From Cytophagaceae bacterium (GTDB lineage: Bacteria; Bacteroidota; Bacteroidia; Cytophagales; UBA9547): a stretch of 64,000 nucleotides of DNA. Where the stretch lies: the NCBI GenBank assembly GCA_027488865.1, contig JAIYAU010000042.1, positions 130,170-194,169 on the forward strand, read 5' to 3'. Each line of letters begins with the position of its first letter. The stretch's first letter is position 1. The notes beneath the pieces are model-generated. The model was not told where the DNA came from, searched no databases, and saw only the letters and a list, made by a program, of their open reading frames with translations. Both the position numbers and the translations under genes were made by a program. This document shows positions 39,546 to 48,291 of this stretch, one piece after another.

Positions 39546-40527
39546 TTAGAGATTTCCTTTTACAATTAAAAATTTGTCTAATTTATCAATCAATTCTTTA
39601 CTTTTCTGGTCCCTTTCTGATACTTTTCTGCAAAACAAAAAATGGCTACTAACAAGTACGTCATAATCTCGCATGTCCAATGTGGCCGGTTTTGCACGGT
39701 TTGGGCTTTCCCAGTCCATATATTTTAGACTACCCCATTTATAAATAAATTTTTCATTATTTTTCAAATTAAAGGTAAATTTTTTAAAAGCCTCCAATTC
39801 ACTTAAATTTTCAATAAGGGTGGTATTTCCAATTATTGTTTGAAAAAAAATTTCATCAGGAGCTTCCACATTTTTCATAAATTTTACATAATCAGGATTT
39901 TGATCGATAAATCTTAAGATTTCTTTGGAAGTATTAAGAGTCAAAGAAAACCATTGAGAACCAAAATAGGGTGTCCAATTTTTAAACATTTTACGTTTTG
40001 GCATCCATTTCATCAGTCTATTCACGTATAGGCCAAAGTATATTTTATATAAAAAATCGATTTTTACTTTACTTTTTGGATTCCAAAAACGGTTTTCTAA
40101 GAAATGGAAATAAGCTGTCTTTTTTGTGAACTCCGTCCCCATAGCAGTAAGTTTATTTAAAGAAATATAGTCTAACGTGGTATTGCTATAAAAGTCATTT
40201 ATTTGTTTTTTAGTTTTAATAGGATAGTCCTGGCCACTTAACAAAATTAAATAGTCTGGCTGGTGTAAGGAGGTTATCGCTTTTCTCATAAGAAAAATTG
40301 TGGCAGCCACTAAAGAATATCCCAACCAAAACATATTTTATTCTGAATAAATTTTTATGTTTTTTTGTTCCTTTGTTAAGTTGCATAATAGGTCTAGATC
40401 AATATTGCTTTTTATCCCAATATATGTGAAATTCAACGTTTGGATGGTCTAAATGATTGATTATTTTCAATCATAAATCTGGTTCCACACGGACGTGAAT
40501 AAGATATGCTAGTTTTACTATTTTAAT
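39546..40527 (-). pseudogene. GT14 (core-2/I-branching enzyme family) glycosyltransferase pseudogene
   Basis: The 262-aa ORF (39546-40334) starts mid-domain (WLGYSLVAAT...LLSGQDYPIK). The missing N-terminus (KLAYLIHVRVEPDL*LKIINHLDHPNVEFHIYWDKK) is readable upstream, but with ATT at the expected start, a TGA at 40471-40473, a frameshift at the A-run at 40409-40413 and a TAA at 40338-40340. Confidence 0.75.
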
Positions 40528-40669
40528 ATTTTGTTGAATAGTACTCTGTTTGGCTAACAGGGTTATATTTCAAAGTTACACAATTCGAACTTACTATTAT
40601 AATGAAAATGGTTTTGGTAAAGATTTTCATATTTGAAGTTCCAATCCTATTTGTATATTTGAAATAAAA

Positions 40670-40780
40670 ATGATACCCAAAATTATACACTTTATTTGGC
40701 TTTCCCCTCTTGATGGACGACCTTTTAAGTTCTATTATAAGTTGGCTAGACCAACAAAGTACATTTGCTCCTTATGTTAA
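40670..40780 (+). pseudogene. N-terminal stub of a GT32-type (Gly_transf_sug-like) glycosyltransferase
   Basis: The 36-codon ORF MIPKIIHFIWLSPLDGRPF... matches the characteristic (M)IPKIIHxIW start of GT32 enzymes and then terminates. No continuation in any frame. Confidence 0.4.
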
Positions 40781-40860
40781 AAAATTGGATCAATAAAAGG
40801 AATTTTTAATGTTTCGCAAAAGTTTCAACTTTTTAGAAGGTTTAGTGATCTTATTTGGTT

Positions 40861-41799
40861 ATGAATAATATATTTTTTTCCGTTGTAATACCGTGTTATA
40901 ATTCAAAAGATTATATAATTGAAACGTTGCAGTCATTAAAAAATCAAACGTTTAAAGATTTTGAAATTGTATTAATTGACGATCATAGTACTGATGATTC
41001 ATTTAAAATAGCCAAAAAGTATTTTGAAGATAATAATCTTGTTGGGCAATGTGTTGTAAAAGATCTTACAAATTATCCTAAAGGCGTATCTGGTGCAAGA
41101 AATCAAGGAATTAACTTGGCAGTAGGTGAATGGATCTGTTTTTTAGACAGTGATGATTTGTTTATTAGAGATAAATTGTTTTGCACATTCAATTTAATTA
41201 ATCAAAATCCTGATATAAAGGCTTTTCATCATGCGGTAACAGAATTTGATGATACCACAGGAAAGAGTATCCAAAACATAGTTTTGGATGCTTTAAGGGG
41301 TATTCATTATAAGCTTCCAGCACTACTCGATGCCAATAATATCTGTACTTCTACAGTTACTATGAAGCGAGATTTATTAATTGATATAGGCAAGTTTAAC
41401 GTCAATTTAAATGGAATAGAAGACTACTACTGTTGGTTAGTGGTGTCCACTCAGTTACCATGGTGTTATTCATGTGATATACTTACTTTATATCGCGTCA
41501 GGAAAGAATCATTGATGGGCTTTAAGCCGTTAAATCACTACATCAAACAAAATGTCAGTTTACTTAGGTGTATAAAAAGTATTAATATTATCTCATATCC
41601 AGATTATATAAAATTACAAACTCATCTAATGGACAAAATAATTATATATTATACAAACAATTCTGTGAATAGATTTGGAATGTTTAAAACCTACCTAGGT
41701 CTGTTTAATTTAGTAAAATACAGATATTTTTCAACATTTTTACAAAATATTTATAGAATCACAAAAAATTATTGGTTGTTTTTATTGTTTAAAAAATGA
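40861..41799 (+). CDS. Glycosyltransferase family 2
   Basis: FSVVIPCYNSKDYIIETLQSLKNQTFKDFEIVLIDDHSTDDS; LDSDD motif. ATG at 40861. Confidence 0.8.
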   Translation: MNNIFFSVVIPCYNSKDYIIETLQSLKNQTFKDFEIVLIDDHSTDDSFKIAKKYFEDNNLVGQCVVKDLTNYPKGVSGARNQGINLAVGEWICFLDSDDLFIRDKLFCTFNLINQNPDIKAFHHAVTEFDDTTGKSIQNIVLDALRGIHYKLPALLDANNICTSTVTMKRDLLIDIGKFNVNLNGIEDYYCWLVVSTQLPWCYSCDILTLYRVRKESLMGFKPLNHYIKQNVSLLRCIKSINIISYPDYIKLQTHLMDKIIIYYTNNSVNRFGMFKTYLGLFNLVKYRYFSTFLQNIYRITKNYWLFLLFKK

Positions 41800-43028
41800 G
41801 AATTTGGTCATATCCAGGTATTTATCCATATCCAGAGGGCAACGACCCAGCTAATGGTATTTTCATTCATAAAATTAATAAAGGACTTAATGCCATAGGA
41901 GAAAACATTAAAGTAGTTCAATTACAAGATTGGTACCCCATGTGGCCTTTTTACCATTTGTTATCCGATTGGAAGGTCAATTTTAAAAACCGCAGGCCAC
42001 AATCAAGGGTCTTAGATGGCATTTCCATTTATCATCCCACCGTGTTCTCCCCACGTCCGTCTCGATTCTTCCCTATTCCTCATGCAGAGCTTTGTGTAAG
42101 AAAATTGGTGAAATTCTTGAAGCAACAAGGTGTGGAGAAAGGCAAAGATGTACTTTTTGCACAATGGCTCATACCTGACGGATATATAGCAACAGTAGCC
42201 GCCAAACGTCTTGGGATCTCTTGTGCAGTAGAAATGCAAGGAGATGATATTGTGGTGTGGCCACATAATTCAGATACTCATATGAAAGGAGCCCAATTTG
42301 TATTGGAAAACGCAGATCTTATTCTTGGTTGTTCCGATTTTCTTTGTGGTGAAGCCGAAAAGATTTCAAAGTCAAAACGCGATTTCTATACCATTTATAC
42401 AGGCATAGACTTACAAAAATTCAACCCAAATAAAAGCACACCAGATGAAATTTCGGCTTTTAGAAAAAAAAATGGGATAAATGATAAGGATATCATGATC
42501 CTCAACGTTGGATCTTCAATCGCTCGAAAAGGTTGGATTGAATTATTTGAGGTAGTTCGTGACTTATCAAGTGCTTATCCAAATATTAAGCTGGTGGGTG
42601 TAACAGGCAATCTTAAAGAATTTGATCTTCTAGAAAAAGCCGCTGAGTTTGGTATCCAGCATCAGGTAATCGATTTAGGAACCGTTTCCAACGAGACACT
42701 CCCTTTGGTTTATAATTCATCTGACATATTCTGTTTGCCTTCTCACTGGGAAGGTCTCGCAAATTCACTTTGTGAAGCTATGGCAAGCGGCTGCGCAATC
42801 GTAACTTGTGCAGTTGCTGGGCACCCAGAAATTGTGACGCATGAGCAAAATGGTGAATTGATCAAACCTAAAGATGTAGCAGCACTTAAAATTTCTGTCC
42901 TAAAACTTATAACAGACCCTAGTCTCCGCGTTAAATACCGCATTTCCGCACGCGAAACAGCATTAACGAAAATAAGATCGCATGAAGACAATGCACATAA
43001 ATTGATTAAATTGCTTCGTCAAATGTAG
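41796..43028 (+). CDS. Glycosyltransferase family 4 (GT-B)
   Basis: PSHWEGLANSLCEAMASGCAIVTCAVAGHPEIVTHEQNG. 4-nt overlap with the upstream gene. Confidence 0.8.
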   Translation: MRIWSYPGIYPYPEGNDPANGIFIHKINKGLNAIGENIKVVQLQDWYPMWPFYHLLSDWKVNFKNRRPQSRVLDGISIYHPTVFSPRPSRFFPIPHAELCVRKLVKFLKQQGVEKGKDVLFAQWLIPDGYIATVAAKRLGISCAVEMQGDDIVVWPHNSDTHMKGAQFVLENADLILGCSDFLCGEAEKISKSKRDFYTIYTGIDLQKFNPNKSTPDEISAFRKKNGINDKDIMILNVGSSIARKGWIELFEVVRDLSSAYPNIKLVGVTGNLKEFDLLEKAAEFGIQHQVIDLGTVSNETLPLVYNSSDIFCLPSHWEGLANSLCEAMASGCAIVTCAVAGHPEIVTHEQNGELIKPKDVAALKISVLKLITDPSLRVKYRISARETALTKIRSHEDNAHKLIKLLRQM

Positions 43029-43034
43029 TTTTAG

Positions 43035-44030
43035 ATGCTTCCCACTGTTTCCGTAGTTATACCGCTCTACAATAGAATACATTTAATAGGTGCTACCTTG
43101 AGCTCCCTTAATCAAACATTGCATCCAAATGTAGTATTAGAAATAATTGTTGTTGATGATGGCTCTACGGATGGTAGTGGTGATTGGGTTCGAGTTAATT
43201 ATCCTCAAATAAAATTTTTCGAACAAGTAAATCAAGGAGCACCAACTGCTAGAAATTTGGGGCTGGCAAATTCTAACGGTGAATTTATACTTTTTTTAGA
43301 TTCTGACGATTTAATTGAACCTGATTTTTTCTCTGCTAAACTAAATGCTTTATTAAATAATCATGAGATAGCAGGAGCATATGGATTGTGGGAGCACTTT
43401 GAAGAAATGAATAATGGTGAGCTTGTTATTCATCCAAGACATGCAGCTTATCCCATTATTCAATCTCCCAATTGGGAAAAGCATTTAGCCCTTTTATTGA
43501 GTGGATGGTTTATTGTGCCCCACGCCATCCTATGGCGATCAAGTGTAATTCTGGAGATAGGTGGTTTTAATCCAAAACTTTCTATTAATCAGGATGTTGA
43601 TCTTTTATTCAATATATTAAGCAATAAAAAAACTATTATAGGTGTAAAGTCACCAAAAGCCTTATATCGGGTACATAGTTCCGACAGGGTAGGTCAAATC
43701 AATTCTCAGCCCAAACTTGAGGATATTTTTAATCTAAGGATTCAGTTTAAAAATGTCTTAGATACTGCTGATCTTTGGAGTGATGAAATAAAGCAAGCTT
43801 TTTCAAGCTATTGTTTGGGCCTATGGGTTGATTATAGAACTACGTATCCTTTAATAGCACTTCAGTTTTATAAACTTTCTAAAACTGTTTGCCCTAATTT
43901 AAAATTAAGGGGAGGCTTTGTGTTTTCAATATTGCAAACTATATTTGGAATGGTGTTGGCAATAAAAATTAAATATTTTTTAAGAAATTCAAATAAACAT
44001 GTGTGGAGTTACCGGAATAATACAGTTTAG
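43035..44030 (+). CDS. Glycosyltransferase family 2
   Basis: VSVVIPLYNRIHLIGATLSSLNQT..EIIVVDDGSTDGS; LDSDD motif. Confidence 0.8.
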   Translation: MLPTVSVVIPLYNRIHLIGATLSSLNQTLHPNVVLEIIVVDDGSTDGSGDWVRVNYPQIKFFEQVNQGAPTARNLGLANSNGEFILFLDSDDLIEPDFFSAKLNALLNNHEIAGAYGLWEHFEEMNNGELVIHPRHAAYPIIQSPNWEKHLALLLSGWFIVPHAILWRSSVILEIGGFNPKLSINQDVDLLFNILSNKKTIIGVKSPKALYRVHSSDRVGQINSQPKLEDIFNLRIQFKNVLDTADLWSDEIKQAFSSYCLGLWVDYRTTYPLIALQFYKLSKTVCPNLKLRGGFVFSILQTIFGMVLAIKIKYFLRNSNKHVWSYRNNTV

Positions 44031-45918
44031 TCCTCAATTATCTTCACATGAAATAGATACTGCCACTCAGGTGATTCACCATCGTGGTCCTGACGATGAG
44101 GGTTTTTTGCTTTGGAGTCCCAATCAAAAGCCTCAGGTGTATGCTGGAAAAAATTCTGCCAAAAACACCATAGATCATTTTCATTACACCATTTTACCCG
44201 CTACCAGTCAATGGAAAGTCGCACTTGGCCATAAGCGATTATCTATTCTTGATCTTTCTCCACTAGGTCATCAACCCATGGTTGATCACTCTACTGGGGT
44301 ATCATTATCATTTAATGGCGAAGTATATAACTATAAAGAACTTAGGGAAGAGTTGTTTGACCTTGGTCATCGTTTTGAATCACAATCCGATACGGAGGTT
44401 ATTTTACACGCTTGGGTGCAATGGGGCGAAAAATCCTTACACAAATTCAATGGTATGTTTGCCTTATTGATTTTGGATCCAAGAGAAGGGGGTAAGCTAT
44501 TCGCAGTTAGAGATCGATTTGGTGTTAAGCCTTTATATTGGACTAAAACTCAAAATTATTTGGGCTTTGCATCCGAAATAAAGCAGTTAAAGGCATTAAG
44601 TTGTTTTTATTCTAAGCCAAATTTAGAAATAGAATTTGATTTTTTGGCCTTTGGTCAACTAGATCATACCTCACAAACATTTGACCAAAATATTCAACAG
44701 TTGCAAGGTGGATGGATGATGGAAGTCGATTTAACTACTAACGCCTTCATAACTAAAAAATGGTATACAATAAGAGAATTAGAGTGGAAAGGTAGTGATG
44801 CAGATGCAATTTATCATTATAAAGAATTATTGACTGATTCTATAAAACTCAGACTTAGATCTGATGTTCCAGTTGGTTCATGCTTGTCTGGCGGGCTTGA
44901 CTCTTCTGCTATAGTTTGCTTGATGGCGAACCTTCTTAAAAACGAGGATAGCAAAGGGATCAAAACAATTACAGCTTGTTATGAAGAAAAGAAATATGAT
45001 GAATGGGAATATGCACATTCTGTAGTGGAACACACAAAAGCAGAAGGTTTCAGAATTTTTCCTTCTCTTAATGAAGTTAAGAATGACCTTAATAAATTGT
45101 TGTGGCATATGGACGAACCTTTTGGTTCTACAAGTCAATATAGCCAATGGAATGTATTTAAGGGTGCTGCACAGGCAGGATTAAAAGTGATGCTTGATGG
45201 ACAAGGTGCTGATGAACAATTGGCTGGTTATGGAGGTAATGATCAACCGCTATATACGGGATTGTTACAACAAGGCAAATTGAAACAACTTATTCAAGAG
45301 GTTAACTCTTTTAAGACTCTACAAGGGTATTGGCCTAAATCACAGCTTATTAACACAGCCCAAATTGCCTTTCCTTGGTTGAGCAACCTTTTGCCAGACA
45401 AAATCAAGTTGTCAAAAGTTAGCCATCTACCTCCTTGGATTAATCATCACAGAAATGGCCCATTATCTGAGTTACCTAGGCCAAAATCCTTACGCCAATC
45501 ACTCGAACAACAATTATTATATACCTCTATTCCAGCGCTTTTGAGATATGAAGATCGTAATTCTATGGCATTTTCCATCGAATCAAGAGTGCCATTTCTT
45601 GATTATCGACTTGTAGAATTTACATTATCTTTGCCACCACATTTGATTTATAAAAACGGACTAAGAAAGGTCGTTCTCAGAGAGGCAATGAAGGGTATAT
45701 GGCCTAATTTAATAGATAAAAGAAGAGACAAAATGGGTTTTGTTACCCCAGAAGAGACTTGGCTTAAGACAGAAGGTAAAGATTGGTATTTGAAAATTCT
45801 TCAAGAAAAAAATCAAAAACAGGTGGATAAAAATAAGGTCATTTATTACACAAATCTTATGCTTAATGATAAATATCCATTTGACTTTAGCTTTTGGCGT
45901 TTGATACTTACTCATTAA
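43999..45918 (+). CDS. Asparagine synthase (glutamine-hydrolysing)-like amidotransferase
   Basis: MCGVTGI N-terminal nucleophile Cys and the CLSGGLDSS PP-loop; 639 aa. Overlaps the upstream GT2 gene by 32 nt. Confidence 0.85.
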   Translation: MCGVTGIIQFSPQLSSHEIDTATQVIHHRGPDDEGFLLWSPNQKPQVYAGKNSAKNTIDHFHYTILPATSQWKVALGHKRLSILDLSPLGHQPMVDHSTGVSLSFNGEVYNYKELREELFDLGHRFESQSDTEVILHAWVQWGEKSLHKFNGMFALLILDPREGGKLFAVRDRFGVKPLYWTKTQNYLGFASEIKQLKALSCFYSKPNLEIEFDFLAFGQLDHTSQTFDQNIQQLQGGWMMEVDLTTNAFITKKWYTIRELEWKGSDADAIYHYKELLTDSIKLRLRSDVPVGSCLSGGLDSSAIVCLMANLLKNEDSKGIKTITACYEEKKYDEWEYAHSVVEHTKAEGFRIFPSLNEVKNDLNKLLWHMDEPFGSTSQYSQWNVFKGAAQAGLKVMLDGQGADEQLAGYGGNDQPLYTGLLQQGKLKQLIQEVNSFKTLQGYWPKSQLINTAQIAFPWLSNLLPDKIKLSKVSHLPPWINHHRNGPLSELPRPKSLRQSLEQQLLYTSIPALLRYEDRNSMAFSIESRVPFLDYRLVEFTLSLPPHLIYKNGLRKVVLREAMKGIWPNLIDKRRDKMGFVTPEETWLKTEGKDWYLKILQEKNQKQVDKNKVIYYTNLMLNDKYPFDFSFWRLILTH

Positions 45919-45957
45919 TTACTGTTGTAGGTAAATTAAATATAACAATTAACTTAA

Positions 45958-47082
45958 ATGAATATTTTTAAAAAAATTGGCAATAAGATTTTATATTATT
46001 GGTTCCACAATATTTACTTTATCTTTATTAGATTTTTATTAATTAAGATTACTTCTAAACGTGTTGTGATTTTTAATAGAAATCACCCTTTTTACACGGA
46101 TTTTTTTTATTCTGGATTAAGTCAAGACTATGTGTGGCTATATATTAATAACCAAGATATTAATCATTTTTTGGTAAAAATTATTTTAAAAAATGCAGTA
46201 CTTTTACATCTAGATGCTTCACATTTTGATAACAAGTTTTTTGGTTTTGAAAAGCCCATTGTTGTCGAATGTGAGGCAATGAGTAATGATGAAATAGTTG
46301 AAGATTCGCGTGTTGGGGCTATTATTTACTTAAGCAATTACGCCCAACAAATAAGTGAACCAAATAATAAATCCTTTCAGCTTTATCCTACTTTTTCAAT
46401 TGCTGGTAATTATATAAAACCCAAAAAAGATTCTGAAGCAATAGTTCTTCTTACATCTGGTTATGGCACTTTTAGAAAGGGATATGATATTTCATATGCT
46501 ATTTATGATAAACTCAAAAATGATGGATTAAATGTAAAGCTAATAATTGCTGGAGCTGATGGCCATGATTTTGAAACATATCCGGAAATTACTAGAGAAG
46601 AATATAAAAAATTCGAGTTTGAAAAATTAATATCAAAACTAAAAAGCGATCCAAACATACAGTTTCGCCCTTTTACTAGAAATGAAATGATTAAGGATAT
46701 TTATCCAAAGGTTGACGTTTTACTGCATTTTTGTAGAGGAGAAACTTTCGGTTTTTCTATCCTTGAAGCGATTGCTTTCCAGATTCCTGTGGTTAGTCTT
46801 AAGTTCAAGGCAATTCCCGAAATGGTTAAACATGGAGAAAATGGAATACTAATTGATGCCTTCAACTGGGATGGCAATTCCGTGGTTGATGAACGTGTTT
46901 ATAATACTTTTGAATGGAGAGACAAATGTATTGAAGAGGGATTCTTAGCCTCCAAGCGGATCATTAATGATTACAATAATTTTCAAAACAAAATTAACAA
47001 TATGGATTATAATCATTTTTCACATACCTATAAATTAATGGAAATTGAAAAAATCTATAAAAAAGTACTTTTAGAAAAATAA
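45958..47082 (+). CDS. Glycosyltransferase, GT4-like C-terminal domain
   Basis: GETFGFSILEAIAFQIPVVSLKFKAIPEMVKHGENGILI. The N-terminal half is divergent. Confidence 0.6.
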   Translation: MNIFKKIGNKILYYWFHNIYFIFIRFLLIKITSKRVVIFNRNHPFYTDFFYSGLSQDYVWLYINNQDINHFLVKIILKNAVLLHLDASHFDNKFFGFEKPIVVECEAMSNDEIVEDSRVGAIIYLSNYAQQISEPNNKSFQLYPTFSIAGNYIKPKKDSEAIVLLTSGYGTFRKGYDISYAIYDKLKNDGLNVKLIIAGADGHDFETYPEITREEYKKFEFEKLISKLKSDPNIQFRPFTRNEMIKDIYPKVDVLLHFCRGETFGFSILEAIAFQIPVVSLKFKAIPEMVKHGENGILIDAFNWDGNSVVDERVYNTFEWRDKCIEEGFLASKRIINDYNNFQNKINNMDYNHFSHTYKLMEIEKIYKKVLLEK

Positions 47083-47106
47083 AGGTAAATTAAAATTGAA
47101 CCAAAT

Positions 47107-48222
47107 ATGAACTTTCTCAAAAAACTAATAACATACATTGATGTCGTGTTATTAAAAAAATATTTGGATAACAAGTTTTGGCAGTTTGAAAATTGGGAAA
47201 TTACAGAGTATAGGTTACAATATAAGGTTGAAAAAACGGATTTGATAAAAAGAATTCATTGGGTGGCAGATGAATCTAATTTAAATAAAGATGATATTCA
47301 TTTAAAACATTTTACAGATGTACATTCTGAATATATTTACCTTTATGATTTTCCTGTAGTATTAGAAACACGTTTTTATTGGCTTGTAAATTTAAAATCA
47401 TCCAAAATAATTCCTTTTTCCAAACATAATTTTTTTGACCCATGGGGAAGAACTGATCCTGTTCCGTCTGTTTTAGCCTATTTATTTCCTAGAAAAAAAT
47501 ATTTTGAAAAAATAATAATTAATGCAACTAACTATGATTGGTTTAATTACTATCATTTCTTTTTTGATGTATTGCCAACAATATGCAAGCTTAAAGAAAT
47601 AGAGAATTATCAATCAATTAAATTGGTGGTTCCAAAAGAAATAAAAAATGTATCTTATATTCAAGAATTTATGGGTATTTCCAACTTGTTTGAGGGAGTT
47701 AAAATACTTTATGTGGAGAAAGATTCAAAAGTTTACGCTCAACAAGCATATAATCTTCGAATGCCATACATGAATAAGGCTATTATTAATCAAATATTAG
47801 ACTCTATTAATTTTCAAAAAGAAGAAATTGATGTGCCGTTAAATGTATTCATTACTAGAAGTTTAAATCGGTCAAGAACCTTGAACAATATTACTGAAAT
47901 AGAAAAAATAGCTCAAACTTTTGGATTTGCCATTGTAGATACTGATGGTTGGTCTTTAAAAAGGCAAATTACTTTTTTTGGTAAGGTTAAAAATGTTATC
48001 GGTCTTCATGGTGCTGGAATGTCCAATTTAATGTTTGGAAAAAATTCAATAGAAAAGGTATTTGAAATTATGCCAGGAGATTTAAATCCTCAGTTTTATG
48101 CTGATTTATGCAAAGAATTTGATTTTGCTTATTTAAGTGTTCATGGCGATTCTCGTGGTAGAAATGAAAATTTTTACCTTAATCCGGAGGCCTTCAAAAG
48201 TGCCATTCAAAATTATTTTTAA
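47107..48222 (+). CDS. GT61 / DUF563-like glycosyltransferase
   Basis: NYYHFFFDVLPTI and GLHGAGMSNLMF motifs characteristic of DUF563/GT61 proteins. Confidence 0.6.
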   Translation: MNFLKKLITYIDVVLLKKYLDNKFWQFENWEITEYRLQYKVEKTDLIKRIHWVADESNLNKDDIHLKHFTDVHSEYIYLYDFPVVLETRFYWLVNLKSSKIIPFSKHNFFDPWGRTDPVPSVLAYLFPRKKYFEKIIINATNYDWFNYYHFFFDVLPTICKLKEIENYQSIKLVVPKEIKNVSYIQEFMGISNLFEGVKILYVEKDSKVYAQQAYNLRMPYMNKAIINQILDSINFQKEEIDVPLNVFITRSLNRSRTLNNITEIEKIAQTFGFAIVDTDGWSLKRQITFFGKVKNVIGLHGAGMSNLMFGKNSIEKVFEIMPGDLNPQFYADLCKEFDFAYLSVHGDSRGRNENFYLNPEAFKSAIQNYF

Positions 48223-48235
48223 TAAGGTTAGTTAT

Positions 48236-48278
48236 AAAAAATGTAAGGAATCATTTTTATTAATTTCTTACATTTTTT
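48236..48278. terminator. Bidirectional hairpin terminator between the GT61 gene (+) and ppc (-)
   Basis: AAAAA-ATGTAAGGAA ... TTTCTTACAT-TTTTT. The stem is 10 bp including one G-T pair, flanked by an A-run and a T-run. Confidence 0.55.
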
Positions 48279-48291
48279 ACAAAATACCACT

